From: Pseudomonadota bacterium
GTDB lineage: Bacteria; Pseudomonadota; Alphaproteobacteria; RF32; CAG-239
DNA length: 64,000 nt
Direction: 5' to 3'
Assembly (NCBI GenBank): GCA_918234285.1
Contig: CAKJXZ020000014.1
Location: 1-64,000, forward strand
The first letter of the stretch is position 1, and each line of letters opens with the position of its first letter. This document shows positions 48,440-57,348 of this stretch, piece by piece. The translations under genes and the position numbers were made by a program. Under the pieces are notes generated by a model. It was not told the origin of the DNA and did not search any database. It was given only the letters and a program-made list of their open reading frames with translations.

Positions 48440-49510
48440 ATGAAAAAAATAATCTTTACCGGCGGCGGTTCTGGAGGTCACGTAACGCTGAATTTAGGGT
48501 TGATTCCTTTGTTTTTGCAGGCCGGATGGGAAGTGGTTTACATCGGTTCCAAAACCGGAATTGAAAATGAACTTATTAAAAAAATTAAGGGTGTGAAATA
48601 TTATCCGATTGCCACCGGCAAGTTGCGTCGCTATTTTTCGTGGGAAAATTTTAAGGATGCGATGCGGGTGCCGCTCGGAGTGTTTGAGGCTTGGAATATT
48701 ATTCGCAAAGAAAAGCCGGATGTGGTGTTTTCTAAGGGCGGTTTTGTATCGTTTCCGGTGGTGTTCGGAGCCTGGCTTAACGGCATTAAAAAGGTTTATA
48801 TGCATGAATCCGATGTTACGCCTGGACTGGCTAATAAAATGTCGTTGCCGTTTGTCAGCACTTTTTTCACCACTTTTGCCGATACGGCCGATTATGTTAA
48901 CGATAAGAGAAAGGTGCGTTGCGTCGGGCCGGTATTGACCGACCGTTTGAATAACGGCGATGCGGAAAAGGCGCGAGATATGTGCAATTTTAAATCGGAT
49001 AAGCCGGTGCTGATGTTTGTCGGCGGTTCACTCGGTGCCAAAAGCATTAATAATGCCGTGATTAAAAATCTGGAAGCGTTGCTCGAAAAATATCAGATTA
49101 TCCATATTTGCGGTAAGGGTCAGACAACACTTGCGCGTTGTGAAGACTATGCTCCGTTCGAGTTTGTGGATAAGGAATTTAAGGATTTGATGGCATTGGC
49201 TGATGTGGTGATTTCACGTTCCGGTTCCAACGCTATTTTTGAGTTGCTAAGCCAGAAAAAACCGATGTTGTTGGTACCGCTGCCTTCAACTTCGAGCCGC
49301 GGTGAACAGTCACTTAATGCCAAATCGTTCCAAAAACAGGGTTTTGCCGAAATTTTGCGCGATGACAAGGTGGAAACCGATTTGCCGAAAGCAATAGAAA
49401 ACGTGTTTAAGTATCGGCAGGATTATATTACCAATATGGAAAATGCCGAGTGGAAACGCACCACCAATCAGGAATTGTTTGAGGAAATTTGTAACGATGC
49501 GCAAGTATAA
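48440..49510 (+). CDS. murG: Undecaprenyl-PP-MurNAc-pentapeptide N-acetylglucosaminyltransferase
   Basis: FTGGGSGGHV, GKLRRYF, SKGGFVS, HESD..PGLAN, GGSLGA, SRSGS, EQ..NA; ATG 48440 with GGAGG SD. Confidence 0.92.
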   Translation: MKKIIFTGGGSGGHVTLNLGLIPLFLQAGWEVVYIGSKTGIENELIKKIKGVKYYPIATGKLRRYFSWENFKDAMRVPLGVFEAWNIIRKEKPDVVFSKGGFVSFPVVFGAWLNGIKKVYMHESDVTPGLANKMSLPFVSTFFTTFADTADYVNDKRKVRCVGPVLTDRLNNGDAEKARDMCNFKSDKPVLMFVGGSLGAKSINNAVIKNLEALLEKYQIIHICGKGQTTLARCEDYAPFEFVDKEFKDLMALADVVISRSGSNAIFELLSQKKPMLLVPLPSTSSRGEQSLNAKSFQKQGFAEILRDDKVETDLPKAIENVFKYRQDYITNMENAEWKRTTNQELFEEICNDAQV

Positions 49511-50204
49511 AAATATTGTTATTTTAACCGGTGCCGGTATTTCCGCCGAATCCGGATTGGCAACTTTTCGCAGTGAGGACGGGTTGTGGAACAAACATCG
49601 GGTGGAAGATGTGGCCACCATTGAGGCATTTTATCGCAATCCCGATTATGTGCACGAGTTTTATAACGAAATGCGGCCGGAGCTGTTTAATACTCAACCT
49701 AATGCCGCGCATAAGGCAATTACGACTCTGCAGGAAAAGTACCCGGCCGAAATAAGCGTGATAACGCAAAATGTCGATACTTTGCATGAAAAGGCCGGTA
49801 ACAAAAACGTATATCACATTCACGGGCAGATTAATCAGATGCGTTGCTTAAATTGCGGTCATGTGTTTGAAACTTGGGGCGAATTTTCTTCGGAAGATGT
49901 GTGCGAAAATTGCGGTATGGCCGCGACCTTAAAGCCGAATATCGTGTTTTTCGGCGAAGATTTATTGTATATGGATAAAGTTGATGAATTGCTGAAGACT
50001 TGTGATTTGTTTTTATCAATAGGCACTTCGGGGGTGGTGTATCCGGCGGCCGGATTTGTGCAGATAGCCAAGATATTCGGGGCGGATACTTACGAATTTA
50101 ATATGGAAAAAACCTCAAACAACCTGATGTTTGACGAACATATCTACGGTCCGGCCGGTACGACATTGCCGGAGTTTGTGGAAAAATTGCTGGCGGAAAA
50201 ATAA
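49497..50204 (+). CDS. cobB: Sir2-family NAD-dependent deacylase
   Basis: GAGISAESGLATFR, TQNVDTLHE, HG, CxxC..CxxC, GTSGVVYPAA; start MRKYK at 49497. Confidence 0.93.
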   Translation: MRKYKNIVILTGAGISAESGLATFRSEDGLWNKHRVEDVATIEAFYRNPDYVHEFYNEMRPELFNTQPNAAHKAITTLQEKYPAEISVITQNVDTLHEKAGNKNVYHIHGQINQMRCLNCGHVFETWGEFSSEDVCENCGMAATLKPNIVFFGEDLLYMDKVDELLKTCDLFLSIGTSGVVYPAAGFVQIAKIFGADTYEFNMEKTSNNLMFDEHIYGPAGTTLPEFVEKLLAEK

Positions 50205-50245
50205 AAGAGCCAAACGTTCGTAAAGAACGAATGGCTCTGTCATCT

Positions 50246-50506
50246 CTAGAGGTTGGGATGAAATTTTTCAATCATCTGACTGACTTCATCAGCAACCCGA
50301 GGTTCTGCCGGCGCTATTTTTTGCAGCAGGGTCTTGATTTTCGGAACCTCGTCAAGGGGGATGTTTTCAACTTCACCCATTTTGTCCTCCAACATCTTGA
50401 TGATGCCGTTGCGGATTACATGACTGTTCTCAGATTCCTGTTTCAAAGATTGGCTGATAAGGCGCAATGGTAGCAGAAGCCCGCTTGTTTTTTTGTTTTC
50501 ACTCAT
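50246..50506 (-). CDS. Hypothetical protein
   Basis: 86-aa ORF preceded by a perfect sigma70 promoter. Confidence 0.6.
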   Translation of the reverse strand: MSENKKTSGLLLPLRLISQSLKQESENSHVIRNGIIKMLEDKMGEVENIPLDEVPKIKTLLQKIAPAEPRVADEVSQMIEKFHPNL

Positions 50507-50543
50507 AGATATATATAACTAAATAATTTTTTCACAATTTCTC

Positions 50544-50572
50544 ATTATATGCTCTCAGATTATAAATGTCAA
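50544..50572 (-). promoter_or_regulatory. Perfect sigma70 consensus promoter
   Basis: Minus strand reads TTGACA-tttataatctgagagca (17 nt)-TATAAT. Confidence 0.8.
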
Positions 50573-50598
50573 GTATATAAAATCAAATATCGTAAAAA

Positions 50599-51015
50599 CT
50601 ATTCGGCATTTATCCATTCGAGGGTATCCTTAGTGATACATATCAGTACGGCTACGAACAGTCGGACCATACTCCACAATACGGAAATTGCCTGCAAAAA
50701 ACAAAGAACGAGTGAATAACACACCACAAAATAGATGAGCAATACAATCATCAAATTGATGAAATAGTTTAAAACAGAGAATGATCCGCTTTGCCAATAG
50801 TCACCAATCTCGGCAAACAACGCGAGCAAAACGTTTACAACGTACAATACCCTACAGGTTTTTTGCATATTAGGGTGCTTGGCAAAAGTGAATTTCTGAT
50901 ACCGCGCCAGCGGTATGCTCATGTCATTGAGATAAAACTCACAACCGGTCAGAAAAGCCGCCAGTAACAAACCGACCCAGAATATCGGGTTACCGTAACT
51001 TAATAGTAATTCCAT
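50599..51015 (-). CDS. Hypothetical membrane protein
   Basis: 3-4 hydrophobic segments; promoter TTGACA-17-TACACT at 51087-51059. Confidence 0.6.
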   Translation of the reverse strand: MELLLSYGNPIFWVGLLLAAFLTGCEFYLNDMSIPLARYQKFTFAKHPNMQKTCRVLYVVNVLLALFAEIGDYWQSGSFSVLNYFINLMIVLLIYFVVCYSLVLCFLQAISVLWSMVRLFVAVLICITKDTLEWINAE

Positions 51016-51095
51016 ACATAAAGATATTAAATAACACACTAATTTTTAATTGTGCGGCAGTGTATTATTCTTTTATCAATCTGTCAATAAGTGAT

Positions 51096-52040
51096 TTATT
51101 TGTATGAAGCGCGTTTTAAGCGGTCGTTGATGGCTAGTCCCAGACCGTTACGCGGAATAGGGGCTACGGCGATTTTGCCGCGCAAGGCTGAAGAATCGGC
51201 CAAACGCAGATAGGCAAACAGGTTGCCGGCGGCCTCCTTAACATCGCCGCGCGGGCTTAAGTTTATATCGCCGTCTATTTTGCCGAAGCCGATGAAATAT
51301 TCGTCTTTATCCGGTCGGACTACATTGATGCGCAAGACGTTGCGCGGAGCATAATGACGCAGTAATTGCCCCGGTGCGGAAGGTAAATCCGGATTACCGG
51401 CGGAAAGCAAAACTTCTTCGCCCAAAAATTCTTCAATATCTTCTTTGGCCGTACCGCCGGCACGCAACATAACCACTTGCGGACCGGTTAAATCCAAAAT
51501 GGTTGATTCAACCCCGACCGCGCAAGGGCCGCCGTCCAAAATCATATCAACTTTATCGCCCAAACCGTCGGCAACATGTTGCGCCGTGGTCGGACTTATG
51601 GATTGGTATTTGTTAGCCGAAGGTGCCACAATCGGCACTCCGCTCTTGCGGATAAGTTCCAATGCCATCGGGTGACGCGGCATTCTGACCGTCAGCGTAC
51701 GCAAACCGGAGCAAGCCAAGTCAATTGCCGGATTTTCTTCAATGCGTTTTAAAACAAAGGTGAGCGGCCCCGGCCAAAAACGTTTGGCCAACGCAAATAC
51801 GCGCGCATCGGTGGCAGCATATTCTTTCAAAAAATCAACTTCGGCAATATGCGAAATCAGCGGGTCGAAATGCGGCCGCTGTTTGGCGGCAAAAATAGCG
51901 GCAACCGCCTGTGCGTTGTATACGTTAGCGCCCAAGCCGTAAACCGTTTCGGTCGGAAAGGCCACCAGTCCGCCGTTTTTAATAATCGCAGCGGCTTTTT
52001 CCATATTTTGCGGAGTATTTTTGTAAATATTATCAGTCAT
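51096..52040 (-). CDS. tsaC: L-threonylcarbamoyladenylate synthase (Sua5 type)
   Basis: VAFPTETVYGLGA, KQRP..DPLI.H, FWPGPLT, APSAN, GVESTI, APG...HYAP. Confidence 0.95.
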   Translation of the reverse strand: MTDNIYKNTPQNMEKAAAIIKNGGLVAFPTETVYGLGANVYNAQAVAAIFAAKQRPHFDPLISHIAEVDFLKEYAATDARVFALAKRFWPGPLTFVLKRIEENPAIDLACSGLRTLTVRMPRHPMALELIRKSGVPIVAPSANKYQSISPTTAQHVADGLGDKVDMILDGGPCAVGVESTILDLTGPQVVMLRAGGTAKEDIEEFLGEEVLLSAGNPDLPSAPGQLLRHYAPRNVLRINVVRPDKDEYFIGFGKIDGDINLSPRGDVKEAAGNLFAYLRLADSSALRGKIAVAPIPRNGLGLAINDRLKRASYK

Positions 52041-52041
52041 C

Positions 52042-52443
52042 TCAAAAATTAAATATCTTACTCAAAGCATAATCTAACTCGACTTCTCCGTACTTATCCG
52101 TAACTTTAAAATCGTTGCGATCGATAATCAGGTATTCGCCCAGAGTGTAGTCATAACAAAGCAAATCAAAATCGTTGTATCCGAGCAAAATGGTGTTTTC
52201 CGGCTTTTTCATCTGCTCGTTTTTATCAATGATATCCAAATCGTCGTCAACCGTGGCACCGAAAAGATAAGAACCGTCGAATTTCATTCCGTTATAATGG
52301 TGGAGAAAATCTGCATAAGACTTAGGTATCAGACCCAGTCCCATGTTATGCAGAACTTTTTGGGCAATAATCAGCGCTTCGGCCTCTAACTTTTCTCCGT
52401 GGGCAAACTTTTTGCCTTTGATTTCATTCAGAAATGTATTCAT
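52042..52443 (-). CDS. SUKH/SMI1-KNR4 (YrhA-like) immunity protein
   Basis: IPKSYADFL..YNG..FDG..LFG, ILLG, LLCYD; 4-nt overlap with the upstream HNH gene. Confidence 0.75.
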   Translation of the reverse strand: MNTFLNEIKGKKFAHGEKLEAEALIIAQKVLHNMGLGLIPKSYADFLHHYNGMKFDGSYLFGATVDDDLDIIDKNEQMKKPENTILLGYNDFDLLCYDYTLGEYLIIDRNDFKVTDKYGEVELDYALSKIFNF

Positions 52444-54008
52444 AGCTCATTTCCTTTGTTGTTTTTTATCAGCTTCAGATTTTTCCCCGCAGCCTTGTTA
52501 ATGCTCTTCTTTGCCTTGGAGTCAGGCACAATCCAATCGGTAAAAATCTGTAAGTCTTCGGCAGAAACGTTGATTTTATCTTGCAACATGCTAATCAGGT
52601 TGCGGCGCTCGTTACTCAAGTCGCGTTTAGAATATTCAATGTTGTAGCGGTCGGCGATTTCCGGAATGTTGTTAAAGCGCTGCAGTTGCATTTCATAATA
52701 GTTAACCACGTTTTGCTTATCTTGATTAATGCGCTTTTGCAAACTGCTGTTTTTATCCCAATCGCAACTGATTTCAAAATTAAAACCGTCAAGCAACGCC
52801 ACATTGGAATCATACATATTGATACGGGAAAAATACATCTCGTTGTTTTTTGCAACTTCGTCGGTGTCATCAAACCCGTGGAAATAGGCGCGATGCATTT
52901 CATGCTCGACCAGCACCAGATTGGTCGGATAATTTACTTTGGCCAAATAATCGTCGTCGTTGGCAAATTTCACGGCGTTTTTATGGTGAACCTCAAAGCA
53001 CGGCATATCATCTTTGCTCAGCGGCAGGCCGTTTTCATCGCGGGCAACAAGAATATTTTCTTTGTCTGCCAGAAACATTCGATCCATCAGCTCTTCCGGT
53101 ATCTTATCGCCGACTTTATAGTCTTCACTATAGTACGGGGTGTTACGCAAATCTTTGATAATGCGCGGAGTAAAATTGATTTCCGTCACCACCAGAGTAG
53201 AAATATCGCAGCAACCGCTTTTAGCCATACGTCGGCACAGCGAAACAACTTTGCGCTCGTCCAGACCATTGGCAATCAGCCGATTATATAAGGTTTTGCC
53301 CTGTTCGCGCATAAAACTCTTAACAAACTTCTTTTTATAGCCGGTTTTAAGGAACAATGCCTTCATCGATTCCGGAGTTTTGGCAAAGGATTTATGAATA
53401 ACATCGCAGAAATCGCTGACCGACATAACCTTGAGCGCGTCGGGATTAATGCCGTTTTTATACATATAGCGGCGAACGTTTGGGGCAATCGTGCGGAAGC
53501 TCTCAAACTGATTGAAAACGCGCCACATCGGCGATTGTGATAAATCATAATCCTTCAGTTTGAATTTGCCGCGGTTTTCGTTTTTGCAGAAAAATTTGTA
53601 ATACGAGCTGAGTTCGTGTTCGCGGCGGGCATCAATTGAGCCGTAACATTCCATCCTTACCAGCTTTTTTTCGTCATCGGACAGCGGATAATAAATATTG
53701 CCGGCATCATAAAAAGAGCCGCACATCCAACCTATCATCTCAAGGCAGTCAGCGCTTAAATCAAGCAATTTCTCCTGCATCTTGGCCGGAGAAATCGTGA
53801 CTTTGTTATAAGTAATGTCGTGCAACAGGTCAACCAGAGCAATTTGTCGCGGATATTCCAGATTGGTAAAATTTTCCTGAAAATCAATGGGATTGCGCAG
53901 AGTTTCCCATAAGTCGGCATTATCCTTGATAAATCTGCCGGTAAGTTCAGATGCACTCGGTAGAAAATCAAAATGTTTTTCGGCGTATGTCTTCTTTCTG
54001 CGGCTCAT
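52440..54008 (-). CDS. Putative HNH nuclease toxin
   Basis: FEVHHKNAV...VNYPTNLVLVEHEMHRAYFH; coupled to a SUKH gene. Confidence 0.72.
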   Translation of the reverse strand: MSRRKKTYAEKHFDFLPSASELTGRFIKDNADLWETLRNPIDFQENFTNLEYPRQIALVDLLHDITYNKVTISPAKMQEKLLDLSADCLEMIGWMCGSFYDAGNIYYPLSDDEKKLVRMECYGSIDARREHELSSYYKFFCKNENRGKFKLKDYDLSQSPMWRVFNQFESFRTIAPNVRRYMYKNGINPDALKVMSVSDFCDVIHKSFAKTPESMKALFLKTGYKKKFVKSFMREQGKTLYNRLIANGLDERKVVSLCRRMAKSGCCDISTLVVTEINFTPRIIKDLRNTPYYSEDYKVGDKIPEELMDRMFLADKENILVARDENGLPLSKDDMPCFEVHHKNAVKFANDDDYLAKVNYPTNLVLVEHEMHRAYFHGFDDTDEVAKNNEMYFSRINMYDSNVALLDGFNFEISCDWDKNSSLQKRINQDKQNVVNYYEMQLQRFNNIPEIADRYNIEYSKRDLSNERRNLISMLQDKINVSAEDLQIFTDWIVPDSKAKKSINKAAGKNLKLIKNNKGNEL

Positions 54009-54136
54009 TATACTAACCCCGGTTACACATTGAAATTTGTTTTGTCTAAACTATATCAAAAAAATATTATAAAGTCTACTATTTTTTAACGATATTCAAC
54101 GATTATAATAAAAAAAGTTCTGTGAAGGAGGAAATA

Positions 54137-55561
54137 ATGGTTGAATTTGTAATCGGGCGCAATATCGGTGCCAAAGGGGATAAAGTTATTGCGGCGGCAA
54201 AGCCGGAAGATATCGTTAAGTTGCTTAACGATAATGAAGCGGGGTTGGTTGCTGCCGTTAAAAAGCAAAAACCGGAAGATAAAATTAAAGAATATGATTT
54301 GGGCGAATATAAGGTGTTTGTCGCCGTGGTTAAGGCCGATACGGCGGTAGAATGGCAAAAGTTTGGCGGGGCGATGTGGCAAAAAATCAAGAATTGTCGC
54401 ACGGTTAAGGTGGCACTGCCGAAGATTGATACCTCAAAAGTGTATGACTTTGCGCTCGGTGTCGAGCTGACCTCTTATCGCTTTGATAAATATTTTACCA
54501 AGAAAAAAGAATCGTTCTATCCGAAACTGGAAAAAATCGCTTTTACCAATACCGGTCTTAAAGATATGAGCGGCTACAAAGATGTTGCCGCCGTAGCCAA
54601 TGCCGTGCGCTATGCTCGCGATTTGATTAACGAACCGGCAAATGCCATGACGCCGGAAATTCTGGCCGGGGATATTAAGCGGTTGGAATATCTCGGTTTG
54701 GAAGTGGAAATTTTGGAAGAAACCAAAATGCGGGAGCTTGGTTTTAATCTGGCACTGGCGGTGGCGCAAGGTTCGGTTAATCGGCCGCGAATTGCGATTA
54801 TCAAGTGGCGCGGCAATCCGAAAGACGATAGATTTGCGGTCGGTCTGGTCGGCAAGGGTGTAACCTTTGACAGCGGCGGTATATCGATTAAGCCGGCGGC
54901 TAATATGGGCGATATGAAACAAGATATGGCCGGTGCGGCGGCAATGACGGCGGTGATGAAATCGCTGGCTTTGCAAAAAGCGCCGAAAAACGTGGTGGCG
55001 GTTGTCGGTTTGGTGGAAAATATGCCTTCGGGCAGTGCTTATCGTCCGGGGGATGTTTTTACCTCTATGTCGGGACAAACCGTGGAGGTGTTGAATACCG
55101 ATGCTGAAGGGCGGTTGGTGTTGGCTGATTGTCTGACCTATATTCAAAAGATGTTCAAGCCGAAATGTATTGCCGATATGGCGACCTTGACCGGGGCGAT
55201 TATTATTGCGCTGGGCCATACTTTTGCCGGTATTTTTGCCAATAACGATAAGCTGGCGGAAAAGATTACGGCGGCCGGCAAACAGAGCGGCGAACGCGTG
55301 TGGCGGTTGCCGATGGATGCCGAATATGACAAGCAGATGGATTCTACGATTGCCGATATGCGGAATATCGGCAACGGACGTGCGGCCGGTTCGGCTACGG
55401 CGGCTTGTTTCTTGCAACGCTTTATCGAAAAAGGTACGCCTTGGGTGCATATCGATATTGCCGGTATGGATTTGAGCGAAGGTACGAATGTTTTGTATCC
55501 GAAAGGAGCAAGCGGCTTCGGGGTGCGTTTGCTCAACACGTTTATTAATTCGCTGAAATAA
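54137..55561 (+). CDS. pepA: Leucyl aminopeptidase (M17)
   Basis: VGKGVTFDSGG, MKQDMAGAA, NTDAEGRLVLAD, ATLTGA, WVHIDIAG; ATG 54137 with GGAGG SD. Confidence 0.95.
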   Translation: MVEFVIGRNIGAKGDKVIAAAKPEDIVKLLNDNEAGLVAAVKKQKPEDKIKEYDLGEYKVFVAVVKADTAVEWQKFGGAMWQKIKNCRTVKVALPKIDTSKVYDFALGVELTSYRFDKYFTKKKESFYPKLEKIAFTNTGLKDMSGYKDVAAVANAVRYARDLINEPANAMTPEILAGDIKRLEYLGLEVEILEETKMRELGFNLALAVAQGSVNRPRIAIIKWRGNPKDDRFAVGLVGKGVTFDSGGISIKPAANMGDMKQDMAGAAAMTAVMKSLALQKAPKNVVAVVGLVENMPSGSAYRPGDVFTSMSGQTVEVLNTDAEGRLVLADCLTYIQKMFKPKCIADMATLTGAIIIALGHTFAGIFANNDKLAEKITAAGKQSGERVWRLPMDAEYDKQMDSTIADMRNIGNGRAAGSATAACFLQRFIEKGTPWVHIDIAGMDLSEGTNVLYPKGASGFGVRLLNTFINSLK

Positions 55562-55597
55562 TAAATCAGCCGCTGACAACGGCGGCCGGGAATATAT

Positions 55598-55637
55598 AAA
55601 ATCCGCTTGAGGTAAGATGCTTCAAGCGGATTTTTTT
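55598..55637 (+). terminator. Intrinsic terminator
   Basis: aaaatccgcttgag...ttcaagcggattttttt. Confidence 0.85.
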
Positions 55638-55643
55638 ATTAAG

Positions 55644-55918
55644 GTCATACCTCAACCTGCGCTGTGCCGGAGGAACAAAAACAACCTCTAAATGTTGTTT
55701 TTGGACGATGGGCGAAGGAAACTTAATGAGCCGTAACGGTAGTAACGGCGAATTTAGTAGACGAGTGACCGAAGTAAGCCGTAGGTGAAACAAGAACAGG
55801 TTGTCAAGGTATCTCGTCTTCTGGCACATAGTGCCACTTCCAATTCACAAAAGATATAGCGCTTCGCAAAGGTTAGATGCCTGGACGCGGTGATGCACTG
55901 CACACCGCGAGGCATGAC
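55644..55918. repeat. GTCAT...ATCT / AGAT...ATGAC palindromic (CGTC-type REP/RPE-like) doublet with a nested insertion
   Basis: gtcatacctcaacctg [about 135 nt] caggttgtcaaggtatct ... agatgcctggacgcggtg...caccgcgaggcatgac. Confidence 0.65.
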
Positions 55919-55974
55919 GCTATTTTTATGCCGCCACGAGTGATTTTTTTATTGTTGTCATTAAAAAATAACAA

Positions 55975-56075
55975 GTCATCGCTCGCTTTGCCGTAAGGCA
56001 AATGCGTCAAGCGATCTTCCGATTTTTTAAAATTCGAAGATGCCTTGACGTTTTCTGGCGAAAACGAGGCATGAC
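55975..56075. repeat. Second GTCAT...ATGAC palindromic doublet
   Basis: gtcatcgctcgc...gcgtcaagcgatct ... agatgccttgacgtttt...aaaacgaggcatgac. Confidence 0.7.
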
Positions 56076-56189
56076 TCTACATAAAGCCGCGAGGGATTTT
56101 TTTGTTTGACTCTGATGTATTTTTTATTTAAGGTATGTGCCGTAAAATCTATAATTATACTAAATTATTAACTTTAAATATTATTACTT

Positions 56190-56597
56190 ATGAATTTAAA
56201 ACTACTGAAAATCATTAGGAGTGTATGTCCAAAAAATTGCATTGTAAAAAGTCTGTCAACCAGACGCAAAGGCAATCCGGACCTGGTGGTTGTAAAATTT
56301 CCGGCCAATATGATTACACGGGGCTGTACCGTATATGATTGGGAAATTGAGCAAACACATGACTTACATCATAGCAAAATCCGTCCGTTGAAGCTCCCTG
56401 AAGGCGACAGAATGTTCTATTACTGCGGAGAGTTTTTTGTGTTTTATTCACCTTACGACGGATTCTTGAAAGATTTCGGAAAATATACCACATATAAGGT
56501 ATTCGGTGAATATGAATATCAACGATATGTCGGTGAATGCTGCGATATCAACAAACTTCTCTCTTATCTGACCGATACGGAAGATATTGTTTATTGA
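56190..56597 (+). CDS. Hypothetical protein
   Basis: 135-aa AT-rich ORF with own promoter-like sequence and downstream hairpin. Confidence 0.6.
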   Translation: MNLKLLKIIRSVCPKNCIVKSLSTRRKGNPDLVVVKFPANMITRGCTVYDWEIEQTHDLHHSKIRPLKLPEGDRMFYYCGEFFVFYSPYDGFLKDFGKYTTYKVFGEYEYQRYVGECCDINKLLSYLTDTEDIVY

Positions 56598-56656
56598 ATA
56601 CAAAAAAATCCCCCGCCGCTCAACCGCCGCGAGGGATTTAATTTTTTATACAGTGA

Positions 56657-57169
56657 CTAAATGTTACCGAATAAATCAGCTTTCAGCACATCGCCAAGTT
56701 CGATATTATATTTATCGGCCTGACCGGCATTAACCTCCAACACCGCGCGCGGTCTTTTCGGAGCAACAATCGGGGTTATGTCATTCGGCTGTGCATTTTT
56801 ATAAATGTAGAAAACAACGCCGTTTTCATCCAGAAACAGCATATCCAGCGGAATCAGCGTATCTTTCATCCAAAATGCAATCTGTGCATCTTTCGGTGCA
56901 ATATTAACATCAAACAGCAAACCGTAGTTCTCATCAATAGAGGTGCGTCCCATTAAGCCGTGATAAATCTTTTCCTGTGTATCGGCAACATTGATTTGGA
57001 AAGTATTCTTTGTCTCTCCGCCGTCTTTAGCCACAACCGCGGCTTCGGAAACTGCCGGCCATTCAAGAGAGGCTTTGTTGGCGGCCTGGTTATTTTCTTC
57101 ATCGGAACATGCAGACATCAAAACCATTGCTGCCAGCGCTAAAATTCTGTAAAACTTAAACATAATCAC
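56657..57169 (-). CDS. DUF192 family lipoprotein
   Basis: MSAC lipobox; GLMGR, FWMKDTLIPLDMLF, VLEVNAG. Confidence 0.88.
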   Translation of the reverse strand: MIMFKFYRILALAAMVLMSACSDEENNQAANKASLEWPAVSEAAVVAKDGGETKNTFQINVADTQEKIYHGLMGRTSIDENYGLLFDVNIAPKDAQIAFWMKDTLIPLDMLFLDENGVVFYIYKNAQPNDITPIVAPKRPRAVLEVNAGQADKYNIELGDVLKADLFGNI

Positions 57170-57348
57170 TCCTATTTTTATCGTTTGACGTGTGTATGGT
57201 ACAGCACATTTTCAATAAGTTCAAACACATTTTAATAATTATTTACAAAAAAAACGTTAATTTTTTTGGGGAAAAACAGCTTTTCCGTTTGTGTTAATAT
57301 GTAATATTTTCTAAATTATATGGCAAAGAGCCATAGAGGAGAAGAGAT

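Noticed and set aside
49497-50204. Sir2 protein as an anti-phage NADase (Thoeris/DSR)
   Set aside because: It is a canonical short CobB with a zinc ribbon, coupled to murG, with no defence partner genes.
55718-55760. Hammerhead ribozyme core (cttaatgag...cgaa)
   Set aside because: It lacks CUGANGA and GAAA and has no stems I/III. It is better explained as a tandem-GA hairpin inside the palindromic element.
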